A DNA stretch of 64,000 nucleotides, from the NCBI GenBank assembly GCA_964445325.1, contig CAYUKN010000002.1:10794-74793 (forward strand), given 5' to 3'. This DNA is from an uncultured Ectothiorhodospiraceae bacterium (GTDB lineage Bacteria > Pseudomonadota > Gammaproteobacteria > XJ16 > Halofilaceae). Shown here in pieces: positions 27,706 to 36,995 of this stretch (position 1 is its first letter; every line of letters starts with the position of its first letter). The notes below the pieces were generated by a model. It had not been told where the DNA came from. It searched no databases and worked only from the letters and a program-made list of their open reading frames with translations. The position numbers and the translations under genes are program-made.

Positions 27706-30173
27706 TCCAGCTTGCCCCGGCAACGGCGCAGCGCTTGCGCCAGTTGACTCGCCGAGGCGTAGCGCCGCTGCGGCTCCTTCTCCAGGCAGCGGTTGGTGAT
27801 CGTGGTCGCGCAGGTCGGTAGCTCCGGGCGCAGGCGCCGGAGCTCGCGGTGGCGATGGTGGCTGATCCGATACATCAGGCTCGACAGCGAGTCGCCCTCG
27901 AACGGCATCTCGCCCGACAGTAGCTGGTACAGAGTCACACCCAGGGAGAACAGATCGGAGCGCCCGTCTAGCGCACGCGATGCGAGCTGCTCCGGCGACA
28001 TGTACGAGGGACTGCCCAGGATCGTGCCAGTGCGTGTCTGGCGCTCATCGAGCAGGCAGGCGACACCGAAATCGGTCACCGTGACATGGCCCGTGGCGCG
28101 ATCGTAGACAATGTTGTCCGGCTTGATGTCGCGATGCAGCACATGCTCGGCGTGCGCGGTCGCCAGGGCATCGGCGACCTGCGCGAGTGCATCGAAGACC
28201 TCATGGGCGGGCAACAGCTCACCGGACTCGGCGTGGGCGTTGAGTGGCGTCCCCCGCAGGTAGTCCATCGCGATGTAGGCGAGATCCTGCTCCTCGCCGA
28301 CGTCGTAGACCGTGACGATGTTCGGATGCGACAGGCGCCCGGCCGTCTCCGCCTCGCGCAGGAAGCGCTGCTTGACCTCCTCGAGCGTCTGGCCCTCGAA
28401 CTCCTGATCGAGCGGCATCGTCTTGATCGCCACCTGGCGCCCGATGCGGGCATCTTCGCCCAGGAACACCGTACCCATGGCACCTTTACCGAGCTCGCGC
28501 TCGATCTGATAGCGCCCCAGAACGGGCTTGGCCGCGTCTTCTTGATCCAGGGCGAGCGCCTGGGTGGAGCTGCCATGGCGCCCGGCCAGGGTGACGCTGT
28601 CCTGGAGTCGATCGCAGCGCTGGGCACGCTCGGCGGCGTCGCGGTAGGCGCCGGCGTAGTGGGTGCAGAATCGGAAGGCCTCGGCCGCTTCGGGCAGGCG
28701 GCGGCGGCGCTCCAGGTCGAGGGCGAGGCCATACATGCGCTCGACCGTGGCGGTGTCGGGATCGCACTGGCGCAGGCAGCGCAGCGCATCATCGAGGCGC
28801 CCGGCCTCGCGATGGGACTCGGCGAGCGCCCGATTGGCACGATTGACCGCGTCGCGCAGCGAGGCCACACGTGCTCCCACCCCCCGGGCACCGACGATAG
28901 CCGCATGGCCGACCACCAGTGCAGTTACGGGTGCCATCAACGGGATCCAGGCGTTTCGCACCAGCAGCGTCACAAGCTCGGCGTTCACGGCGACGACGCC
29001 AACCAGCGCCGTCACGATCCAGCCGGCGGCCGTACCCAGGCGCGGTACCGCCAGCGCGAGATAGATCAGCACCAGCGCGAAGACGGCCGCACGCACCCCG
29101 ATCGCCCACGGTGGCGTCGAGACCAGGCTTTGTTGGTGGAGACCGGCGACGACGCGGGCCGCCCGGGCCGCCGGGGGCAGCGCCCCCGCGGCCTCCGTGG
29201 CCACCGCGGGGGCCAGTCCCACCACGACGCTGCGCTCGGTGAACGCGGTCGGCTCATGCGAACCCGCCAGCACATCGGCGGCCGACACCGCGTCCATGCG
29301 CACCGAATCGCCGCCGGTCGAGCCGGCGAGGCGCACCGCCAGGCCGGGCCCCGTGGCGAAGCGGCGCTCGCCCACGCGCAGGCGGTGGCCGCGTTCGACG
29401 CCGATAGCGCCGGCCTCGACACCCCGGGCCTGGGCGTAGACGAGCAGCGCGAACGAGGGCAGCCATGCCTCGGCGTGCGTCCGGGCCAGGCGGATCGCGC
29501 CATCGCCGCTGGCGGCCGACTCCAACAGGCCGACCCCGGCGGCTGCGCCGGCGATCGGCTCGACCGGGGGCTGCAAGTCCCCGGCGAAGGCCCGGGACCG
29601 CGGGGCCAACCAGTGCAGCGGCCACCGATTCGCCGGCGCCCCATCCAGGGCAACGCGCTCGAACGGGGGGGCCAACCCGGTGGCCGGCCGGTCCACGCGA
29701 CGAAAATCGGCGCCGACGATAGTGGCGCCGTGGGTTCGCAGGCTGCGCCCGAGGGCAGCGTCGGTGCCCAGGCGTTGGCGGGCCTGCGCGAGCACCCTGC
29801 GCGCGCCTTCGCCCAGCCCGCCGCCCGCCTCCGCGGCCAGCCCATCGAGCACCCGGAGCGGGTAGGCGTACTGCGGCTGATCCAGGGCCAGTGCCAAACC
29901 GACGGCCGCCGGATCCCCCGCGTGGACACGCTCGTTGAGCCGCGCCAGGCGATCCCGCGGCCACGGCCATGGGCCGACCTGCTCGATCGCGGCCTCGTCG
30001 ATGACAACCATCGTGACCGGCGCGTCCGCGCCGGGCGCCTCACCGAGCGTGCCCATGGCGTCGAATACGACCCGCTCGAGCGGACGCAGTACCCCCGCCG
30101 CGGTCGCGAGCACGGTCGCGGCGACGATCACGAAGGCGATGATCCCGTTGCGGTAGTGTAGCGCTTTAGCCAA
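27681..30173 (-). CDS. CHASE2-domain Hanks-type Ser/Thr protein kinase
   Basis: CHASE2 (VVIDEAAIEQVGPWPWPR), 3 TM, then GKGAMGTV, VAIK, HPNIV, HRDIKPDN, DFG, GSPSYMSPE, DLFSLG; start set at TTG 30173. Confidence 0.9.
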   Translation of the reverse strand: MAKALHYRNGIIAFVIVAATVLATAAGVLRPLERVVFDAMGTLGEAPGADAPVTMVVIDEAAIEQVGPWPWPRDRLARLNERVHAGDPAAVGLALALDQPQYAYPLRVLDGLAAEAGGGLGEGARRVLAQARQRLGTDAALGRSLRTHGATIVGADFRRVDRPATGLAPPFERVALDGAPANRWPLHWLAPRSRAFAGDLQPPVEPIAGAAAGVGLLESAASGDGAIRLARTHAEAWLPSFALLVYAQARGVEAGAIGVERGHRLRVGERRFATGPGLAVRLAGSTGGDSVRMDAVSAADVLAGSHEPTAFTERSVVVGLAPAVATEAAGALPPAARAARVVAGLHQQSLVSTPPWAIGVRAAVFALVLIYLALAVPRLGTAAGWIVTALVGVVAVNAELVTLLVRNAWIPLMAPVTALVVGHAAIVGARGVGARVASLRDAVNRANRALAESHREAGRLDDALRCLRQCDPDTATVERMYGLALDLERRRRLPEAAEAFRFCTHYAGAYRDAAERAQRCDRLQDSVTLAGRHGSSTQALALDQEDAAKPVLGRYQIERELGKGAMGTVFLGEDARIGRQVAIKTMPLDQEFEGQTLEEVKQRFLREAETAGRLSHPNIVTVYDVGEEQDLAYIAMDYLRGTPLNAHAESGELLPAHEVFDALAQVADALATAHAEHVLHRDIKPDNIVYDRATGHVTVTDFGVACLLDERQTRTGTILGSPSYMSPEQLASRALDGRSDLFSLGVTLYQLLSGEMPFEGDSLSSLMYRISHHRHRELRRLRPELPTCATTITNRCLEKEPQRRYASASQLAQALRRCRGKLDQRTTQTR

Positions 30174-30385
30174 GGCCGATCCTTTCTGCGTGCCGGGCGC
30201 GAGCGGCGCCGCCCGCCCCACCCGGACACGAGCCAGCGCGAGGCGAGGTTAGCACGCGCCCGCAGGGCCGCAAGCGCGCGCCGTCGGCGCCATCGGGATG
30301 GCACCGCCGGGCACCACGCGGCTCGGCCTTTGCATGGTCGGTCTGCGCCCGTAGCCTTGGGTTGCCACCTACCCCCGGAGACGCC

Positions 30386-31231
30386 ATGCAACCGAGACGG
30401 CTTCTCGCGGCCGCTGCGCTCGCCTGGGCGGGCGCTGGCTGCACCAACCTCGGCGGGATCGCCAACGAGTTGGGCGACGCCATGGCCCGCCAGCCCGACG
30501 CCGAGGTCGTGCGCGACGGGGCCCCCGCCTATCTGATCATGGCCGATACCCTGGCCCAGCGCTCGCCCGAAGACGCCGCGACCCAGATGGCGGCGGCCCG
30601 GCTGTACAGCACCTACGCGGGCTCTTTCGTCGACGACGCCGCCCGTCGGCGGCGCTTGTCGCAGCGCGCCTACGATTACGGCTCGCGGGCCTTGTGCCTC
30701 GAGCTCGAGGCCGTGTGCGAGGCCGTCGAGCAGCCCTATCCCGAGTTCCGCGAGACCGTTCGCGCGCGAATCGACGACAAGGACAGCGCGCGCGTGCTCT
30801 ATCGCTTCACGGCGGCCTGGTCCGGCTGGGTGCAAGCACGCTCCGGGAATTACAAGGCGCTGGCCGACCTGCCCAAGATCGAAGTGGCATTCAGCCGCAT
30901 TGCCGAGGTGGCGCCGCGCATCGATCACGGCAACGTGCATACGTATCTCGGGGTGTTGCTCGCGCAGCGCCCGAAACTGCTCGGCGGTCAGCCGGAGGAC
31001 GCGCGCAAGCGCTTCGAGCGCGCCATCGCGCTGTCCGACGGCCGTAACCTGATGGCGAAGGTGCTTTTCGCCGAGCACTATGCCCGGCTGGTGGGCAATC
31101 GGGACCTCCACGATCGCTTGCTCGAGGAGGTCCTGGCCGCCGATCGGCACGCGGGCGATCTCACCCTGTCCAACGCCCTGGCGCAACAGCGTGCACGTGC
31201 GCTCCAGTCCTCGGCCGATGCGCACTTTTAG
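30386..31231 (+). CDS. TRAP transporter T-component (TatT) lipoprotein
   Basis: Lipobox AGAGC; GAPAYL, KLLGGQPEDARKRFERAI, NLMAKVLFAEHYAR; directly upstream of dctP. Confidence 0.85.
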   Translation: MQPRRLLAAAALAWAGAGCTNLGGIANELGDAMARQPDAEVVRDGAPAYLIMADTLAQRSPEDAATQMAAARLYSTYAGSFVDDAARRRRLSQRAYDYGSRALCLELEAVCEAVEQPYPEFRETVRARIDDKDSARVLYRFTAAWSGWVQARSGNYKALADLPKIEVAFSRIAEVAPRIDHGNVHTYLGVLLAQRPKLLGGQPEDARKRFERAIALSDGRNLMAKVLFAEHYARLVGNRDLHDRLLEEVLAADRHAGDLTLSNALAQQRARALQSSADAHF

Positions 31232-31253
31232 GATGACCCAAGGAGCAGCTCCT

Positions 31254-32351
31254 ATGCCTAGCCCCCTCCACCGCGACTACGCCCCCCTCGCGCGCCGGCA
31301 TCGCAGCGACGCCGATCGGGCGACCCACCCGCGAGCGCACGCAACCGCCCGCGTCGCCGCCGCCACGCTCGCGGGGGTGCTGGTGCTGGCGGCCTCGCCG
31401 CTGCAAGCGAAGACGCTCAAGATTGCCACAGTCGTACCCGCCGGGACCGAATTCATCGAGCAGCTGCGCTCGGCCAGCAAGACAGTCGCCGAGCGCACCG
31501 ACGGCCGCGTCGATTTCAAGCTCTTCCCCGGCGGCACCATGGGCAAGGACAGCGCCGTGCTGCGCAAGATGAAGATCGGCCAGCTCGACGGTGCCATCGT
31601 GACGGCCTCCGGTCTCGCGAAGATCCATCCGGATGCCCAGCTCTACTCGATGCCGTTTCTGTTCCGCAATCGCGACGAGCTGGCGTATGTGCGCGAGCGC
31701 ATCGATCCGGTGATCCGCGAGCGCCTGCGTGAGGCCGGCTACGTCGTCGGCGGCATCTCCGAAGGGGGCTTTACCTATCTCTTCTCGAAAAAGCCCATCC
31801 GCGGGCTCGACGATCTCGAGGACCGGCGCATGTGGGTCCCCGAGGGCGACGCGATCACCGCGCGCATGTTCGAGAAAGGCGGCGGCGAGCCGGTCTCCCT
31901 CCCCGTGTCCGACGTGTTCACCTCGCTTCAGTCGGGCATGGTCGACACCGTCGCCATCAATCCGGCGGGCGCCATCGCCCTGCAGTGGCACACCGGGGTG
32001 CAATACCAAACCGACGCCCCGCTGCTGTTCCTGGTCGCGATGCTGGTGTTCGAGCGCAGCAGCTTCGAACAGATCGACGCGGCCGATCGCGACGTCGTGC
32101 GCGAGGTCCTTGCGACCACGTTCGAACGCCTCGACGAGATCAACCGCGAGAACAACGCGGAGGCCCAGGAAGCGCTGCGCGCCGAGAACATCGAGCTGGT
32201 CTCGCCCAAGCGCCCGCCCGCCGAGCGCCGCTGGGAAGCGCTAGCCGACGAGACGTTGCTCGAGTTCGAGCGCGACGGTGCCTACGACGCCGAGCTCCTC
32301 GACCGGATGGAGAAGCTCGTGCAAGAGCACCGGGAGAAGCAGGGTGACTGA
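31254..32351 (+). CDS. dctP: TRAP substrate-binding protein DctP
   Basis: LKIATVVPAGT, FPGGTMG, KMKIGQLDG, DVFTSLQSGMVD. Confidence 0.9.
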   Translation: MPSPLHRDYAPLARRHRSDADRATHPRAHATARVAAATLAGVLVLAASPLQAKTLKIATVVPAGTEFIEQLRSASKTVAERTDGRVDFKLFPGGTMGKDSAVLRKMKIGQLDGAIVTASGLAKIHPDAQLYSMPFLFRNRDELAYVRERIDPVIRERLREAGYVVGGISEGGFTYLFSKKPIRGLDDLEDRRMWVPEGDAITARMFEKGGGEPVSLPVSDVFTSLQSGMVDTVAINPAGAIALQWHTGVQYQTDAPLLFLVAMLVFERSSFEQIDAADRDVVREVLATTFERLDEINRENNAEAQEALRAENIELVSPKRPPAERRWEALADETLLEFERDGAYDAELLDRMEKLVQEHREKQGD

Positions 32352-32850
32352 GGCGGCCCAAGGGCGCGCGCTTCGCTGGCTGCACCGCCTGGAGGACGGT
32401 GTGCTCGTCGCGGCCGTGCTCTTGATGGTGGCGCTCGCCGCGGGCCAGATCCTGCTTCGCGGTGTATTCGGCACCGGTGTCCTCTGGATCGACCCGATGC
32501 TGCGCTCGCTCGTGCTCTGGATCGGGATGCTGGGTGCGCTGGCGGCGAGCCGCACGGGCCAGCACATCGCCATCGACGTGGTCACGCGCGCCCTGCCCCG
32601 GCCCTGGCGCTTGCCCGTGCGGGGGGTCGCCTGCGCGTTCACGGCCGCGGTCTGCGCCGGCTTCGCCTGGCACGGCGTGCGCTACACCGCGCTCGAGCTC
32701 GAGTTCGCCTCGAACGCCTTCGCCAGCGTCCCTCAGTGGAGCGTCGTCGCCATCCTGCCGGTGGCGTTCGCGCTGATCGGTGTGCGCTTCGCCCTGTTCG
32801 CCGTGGCGTTCTTCACCGGGCGTGAGCCCTTTGGCGATACCGCGCCGTGA
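32344..32850 (+). CDS. dctQ: TRAP small permease DctQ
   Basis: QILLR, LVLWIGMLGALAAS, HIAIDV; four TM; GTG start 32344. Confidence 0.88.
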   Translation: MTEAAQGRALRWLHRLEDGVLVAAVLLMVALAAGQILLRGVFGTGVLWIDPMLRSLVLWIGMLGALAASRTGQHIAIDVVTRALPRPWRLPVRGVACAFTAAVCAGFAWHGVRYTALELEFASNAFASVPQWSVVAILPVAFALIGVRFALFAVAFFTGREPFGDTAP

Positions 32851-34145
32851 GCGACCTCATCCTCACCGCCATCCTGCTGCTGATGGCGCTCGCCGGGGCG
32901 CCGCTGTTCGCGGTGATCGGGGCCAGCGCCCTCGTGGGGTTCTGGCTCGCCGGCATCGACCCGCAGGCCGCCCTGATCGAGGTCTACCGGCTCACCGACA
33001 TGCCCGTGCTCGTCGCCATACCGCTGTTCACCCTGGCGGGGTACCTGCTCGGCGAGAGCCAGGCACCGCAGCGCCTGGTGCGCTTGAGCGATGCCCTGCT
33101 CGGCTGGCTCTCGGGCGGCCTGGCCATCGTCGCCCTCGTCACCTGCGCCCTGTTCACCGCTTTCACCGGCGCCTCCGGCATCACCATCGTCGCCTTGGGC
33201 GCGCTGCTCTACCCCGCACTGCAGACCGCCGGTTACCCGGAGCGCTTCAGCCTGGGGCTGGTGACCAGCTCGGGCAGCCTAGGGATCCTGTTCGCGCCAT
33301 CGCTGCCGCTGATCCTCTACGGGGTGATCGCGCAACAGCTCGATCTGCCCATCTCGATCGGGATCGACGAGTTGTTCCTGGCGGGACTGCTACCCGGGAT
33401 CTTGATGCTGGCGATCCTGGGCGGCTACAGCGTCTGGCAAGGGCGGGCGCTGACCCAGGGCGCGCCGTTCGACGGCCGCGAGGCCGTGGTCGCGGTGCGC
33501 GATGCCGCCTGGGAGCTGCCGCTGCCGATCGTCGTTCTGGGCGGCATCTACGGCGGAGTCATCGCGGTGTCGGAGGCGGCGGCGGTCGCGGCGATCTACG
33601 TGCTCGTCGTTGAGGTGGGGATCCGCCGCGAGATCACCCTGGGGCAGCTGCCGCGCGTGCTCCGCGATGCCATGAAGCTCGTCGGCGCCATCCTGATCAT
33701 CCTGGGCGTTTCGCTGGCCTCGACCAATCTGTTGATCGACGCCCAGGTCCCGACCCGCCTGTTCGAGGCCATCCAATCGGTGATCCAGGATCGCTGGACG
33801 TTCCTGATCGTGCTCAACGTGTTCCTGCTGATCCTGGGGACCACGCTGGAGATCTTCTCAGCCCTGGTCATCATGGTGCCCATCATCCTGCCGATCGCGC
33901 TGGGCTACGGGGTCGATCCCCTGCACCTGGGCATCATCTTCCTGGCCAACATGCAGATCGGCTACTTCACCCCGCCGGTCGGGATGAATCTGTTCATCGC
34001 CAGCTTCCGCTTCGGCAAGCCCGTGATGACGCTGTACCGGGCCACGCTGCCGTTTTTCTTCCTGCTGCTGGCCGCCGTGCTCATCATCACCTACGTGCCC
34101 GCGCTGTCGCTCTGGCTCCCGAGCCTGGTCAGCGGCGACGGCTAA
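32847..34145 (+). CDS. dctM: TRAP large permease DctM
   Basis: LVAIPLFTLAG, FTGASG, SGSLGILFAPS, HLGIIFLAN, TPPVGMNLF. Confidence 0.93.
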   Translation: MSDLILTAILLLMALAGAPLFAVIGASALVGFWLAGIDPQAALIEVYRLTDMPVLVAIPLFTLAGYLLGESQAPQRLVRLSDALLGWLSGGLAIVALVTCALFTAFTGASGITIVALGALLYPALQTAGYPERFSLGLVTSSGSLGILFAPSLPLILYGVIAQQLDLPISIGIDELFLAGLLPGILMLAILGGYSVWQGRALTQGAPFDGREAVVAVRDAAWELPLPIVVLGGIYGGVIAVSEAAAVAAIYVLVVEVGIRREITLGQLPRVLRDAMKLVGAILIILGVSLASTNLLIDAQVPTRLFEAIQSVIQDRWTFLIVLNVFLLILGTTLEIFSALVIMVPIILPIALGYGVDPLHLGIIFLANMQIGYFTPPVGMNLFIASFRFGKPVMTLYRATLPFFFLLLAAVLIITYVPALSLWLPSLVSGDG

Positions 34146-34344
34146 CGAATGCCCGACCGCCGGGAACCGGTGGCCCCGGGGATCCGTGTTGCAGTTGAGT
34201 ATCCACGGTCGGGCACGTGCCGGGACGCGCGCTCCCAGGGCCAGCGCGCCTGGCGGCGACGGCCTCGGGAGCCGACCCGATCGGGGATCGCGACGGGGCA
34301 GGACGGCCCCAGACCACGACCATGGCCTGTCCGGAGTCGCAGTG

Positions 34345-34647
34345 ATGACACACGTCGACCGTGGGGATTTGATCCATCTGCTGGCCAACGGTATTGGCGA
34401 AGAAACCGCCCGGTCGGCCCTTGAGGAGGACACGGCGACCCGGTCGCAGCGGTCTGACCAACGCCTCGATCCGGCGGACGCGCTGGCGCTGCTCTCGCGG
34501 CTCGCAGCCCGCGGCGACGCCATCGGCGTGGCCGCGGGCCTGGCGCACCAGCGCCTCGGGCTGCGACTCGCGCGTTCCCGGGGCCTCGCGGCCCGAGTCG
34601 AGACGAGCGCGAGCCCCCGACGCAGCGGCTGGCGCGACGGCGCATGA
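34345..34647 (+). CDS. Small hypothetical helical protein
   Basis: ATG 34345 with GGAG upstream; coding-like GC3; MTHVDRGDLIHLLANGIGEETARSAL...DALALLSRLAARGDAIGVAAGLAHQRL. Confidence 0.45.
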   Translation: MTHVDRGDLIHLLANGIGEETARSALEEDTATRSQRSDQRLDPADALALLSRLAARGDAIGVAAGLAHQRLGLRLARSRGLAARVETSASPRRSGWRDGA

Positions 34648-34755
34648 GCGGCCCCGGCCGCGGCCGCTGCCCGGCCGAGCGAACCCGGCCATGAGCCGTG
34701 GCGACTCGGCCAACGCGCCCGAGGCGTTCGAGCGAACGGGGGCGCAGGGCAATGC

Positions 34756-36987
34756 ATGGCGTCCGGAGCCACCTCGATGACCCACCTCGGCCGACCGACC
34801 ACGCACGTCGTCGGGCCGGCCCATCTGGCCGGTGCCGCCTTCGATCGCGCCGATGTCGCGTTGTTCGTGATCGCCGCCGAGAACCACGCCGTGGTGGAGG
34901 CGAACCGCGCTGCCCGGCATCAGCTCGGGCTCGGGCGGGAGACACAGGCCAGTGTCCTCGCGCGCGTGCCCGGTCACCACCAAGCGGGGTTGGCCGAACG
35001 CATCAGCGCCTGTCTGCGCACGGGCCAGACCACCCCGGTGGCGGCCGATTGGTGGGTCGACGAGGACACGCGGCTCGCCGTCGAGCTCAGTCTCAGCCCC
35101 ATCGAGCGCCCCGATGGCGATCGCATCGTGGCCCTCGCGCGCGTGGCCGGCGCGGCGCCGCAGGCGGCGGCATCGGCGGGCCAGCGCCACCAGATCCTCG
35201 AGATGATCGCTCGGCACTTGCCTTTGGAGCAGGTTCTGACCGGGATCGAGACATTGATCAAGAACCGCTTCCCAGCGGCGCTGACCGCCATCATCGTGCG
35301 CGACGGCGACAACGTGCGGATTGCGGGCGGCGAGCAACTGTCGCCGGTGTATCGCGCGAACATGCGCGCGGCTGGTGCGAGCCGCAACCACCCGATGGGC
35401 GAAGCGCTGGCTTCGGGCGAGCCGGTGATCATCACCGACGCGGCCACCGACGAGCGTTGGGGGGCGGCCTTGGATGCCGTCGCTACGTCAGGGATCCGCG
35501 GGCTTTGGATTGCTCCCTTCGCCGACGGGCCCGCAAGCACTAGCGCGGCGTTGACACTGCACTTCCCCGCAGCGGCGACGCCGGACGACGCCGACCTCGA
35601 CGGACTCCACGACGCCATGCAGCTGGGCCGCCTTGCCCTCGCCGAGCACACCACCTCGCGCCAGCTGTTCCAGCGCGCCTATTTCGATGGCGTCACCGGC
35701 TTGCCCAATCGGCGCCTCCTCCACGACCGGCTCGGCCAGGCCATCGAGTCCGCCCGGCGCCATGGCGAGCTCATCGCCGTCGTCCTGCTCGATCTCGACG
35801 AGTTCAAACTGGTCAACGACAGCCTGGGCCATGCCATCGGTGACGAGCTCCTCGCCGCCGCCGCCTCCCGTTTGGGCGCGTCGGTGGGCCGCGCCGACAC
35901 GGTGGCGCGCCTGGGCGGCGACGAGTTCGCCATCGTCTTGGCCGTCGACGATACCGCGGCCGCGGCGGCGGCCGCGGCCAGGCTGCGGGACGCGCTCACC
36001 GGGGCGATCCCGCTGCACGGCCACCGTTTATCCGCCCGGGCCAGCGCGGGTGTGGCGTTGTATCCGCGCGACGGCGACGACGCCGAGGCGCTGCTGCAAT
36101 CGGCGGAGACGGCGATGTACGCGGCCAAACAGGCGGGGCGCAATCGCTACCAGTTCCACTCGGCGCAGCTCAATGCGCGGGTGCAGGAGCGTCTCGGCAT
36201 CGAATCGGGCCTGCGCCGGGCCCTGGAGGAGGGCGAGCTGCGGGCGTTATACCAACCCATCGTCGCCAGTGGGGATGGGCGAGTCGTCACGCTCGAGGCG
36301 TTATTGCGCTGGCACCACCCCGCAGACGGTCTGCTGCCGCCGGACCGCTTCCTGGCCCACGCGGAGGCCTCCGATCTCGTCTGCGAGCTCGATCGCTGGC
36401 TGTGGGCGCGTGCGGCGGCGGATCTGGAGTGGCTGGCGGGCCTCGGCCATCGCCCCAAGCTCTCGCTCAACATCTCGCCGCGCGATCTGCAGCACAGCGA
36501 TTTCGCCAGCCGCCTGGTCGATATGCTCGCGGCCAGCGGGCTGCCAGCGCGGCGCTGCGAGCTCGAGATCACCGAGAACGTGCTGATGCCCGACATCGCC
36601 CACGCGCGCGACCAGATCCAGGAGCTCAAGCAGCGCGCACCCGAGCTCATGATCGTGGTCGACGACTTCGGGACGGGGTATGCCTCGCTGAACTACCTGC
36701 GCGAGCTCCCCATCGACGGGCTCAAGATCGACCGTTCCTTCATCAACACACCGGACGGTCAGCAAGGCAGGGCATCGCAGGCGATCGCACGCACCATCGC
36801 CGAGCTCGGGCGCGAACTGGGGCTGTGCGTCACTGCCGAGGGCATCGAGTCTCGCGCTCAGTGGGCATTGGCGCACCGCATCGGCTGCGACCGCGTCCAG
36901 GGCTTCTTGTTCGCCGGGGCCATGGACCGCGACGCGCTACGCCAACACCTGGGCGCCGCAGCCGACGCCACCCGCGGCGCGTCATAG
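34756..36987 (+). CDS. PAS-GAF-GGDEF-EAL protein
   Basis: DGVTGLPNR, LDLDEFKLVND, RLGGDEF intact; LEALLRW, LEITE, DDFGTGY, KIDRSF, AEGIE, QGFLF. Confidence 0.92.
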   Translation: MASGATSMTHLGRPTTHVVGPAHLAGAAFDRADVALFVIAAENHAVVEANRAARHQLGLGRETQASVLARVPGHHQAGLAERISACLRTGQTTPVAADWWVDEDTRLAVELSLSPIERPDGDRIVALARVAGAAPQAAASAGQRHQILEMIARHLPLEQVLTGIETLIKNRFPAALTAIIVRDGDNVRIAGGEQLSPVYRANMRAAGASRNHPMGEALASGEPVIITDAATDERWGAALDAVATSGIRGLWIAPFADGPASTSAALTLHFPAAATPDDADLDGLHDAMQLGRLALAEHTTSRQLFQRAYFDGVTGLPNRRLLHDRLGQAIESARRHGELIAVVLLDLDEFKLVNDSLGHAIGDELLAAAASRLGASVGRADTVARLGGDEFAIVLAVDDTAAAAAAAARLRDALTGAIPLHGHRLSARASAGVALYPRDGDDAEALLQSAETAMYAAKQAGRNRYQFHSAQLNARVQERLGIESGLRRALEEGELRALYQPIVASGDGRVVTLEALLRWHHPADGLLPPDRFLAHAEASDLVCELDRWLWARAAADLEWLAGLGHRPKLSLNISPRDLQHSDFASRLVDMLAASGLPARRCELEITENVLMPDIAHARDQIQELKQRAPELMIVVDDFGTGYASLNYLRELPIDGLKIDRSFINTPDGQQGRASQAIARTIAELGRELGLCVTAEGIESRAQWALAHRIGCDRVQGFLFAGAMDRDALRQHLGAAADATRGAS

Positions 36988-36995
36988 GAGCAGCG

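Noticed and set aside
28086-30161. 691-aa plus-strand ORF
   Set aside because: Shadow of the Ser/Thr kinase.
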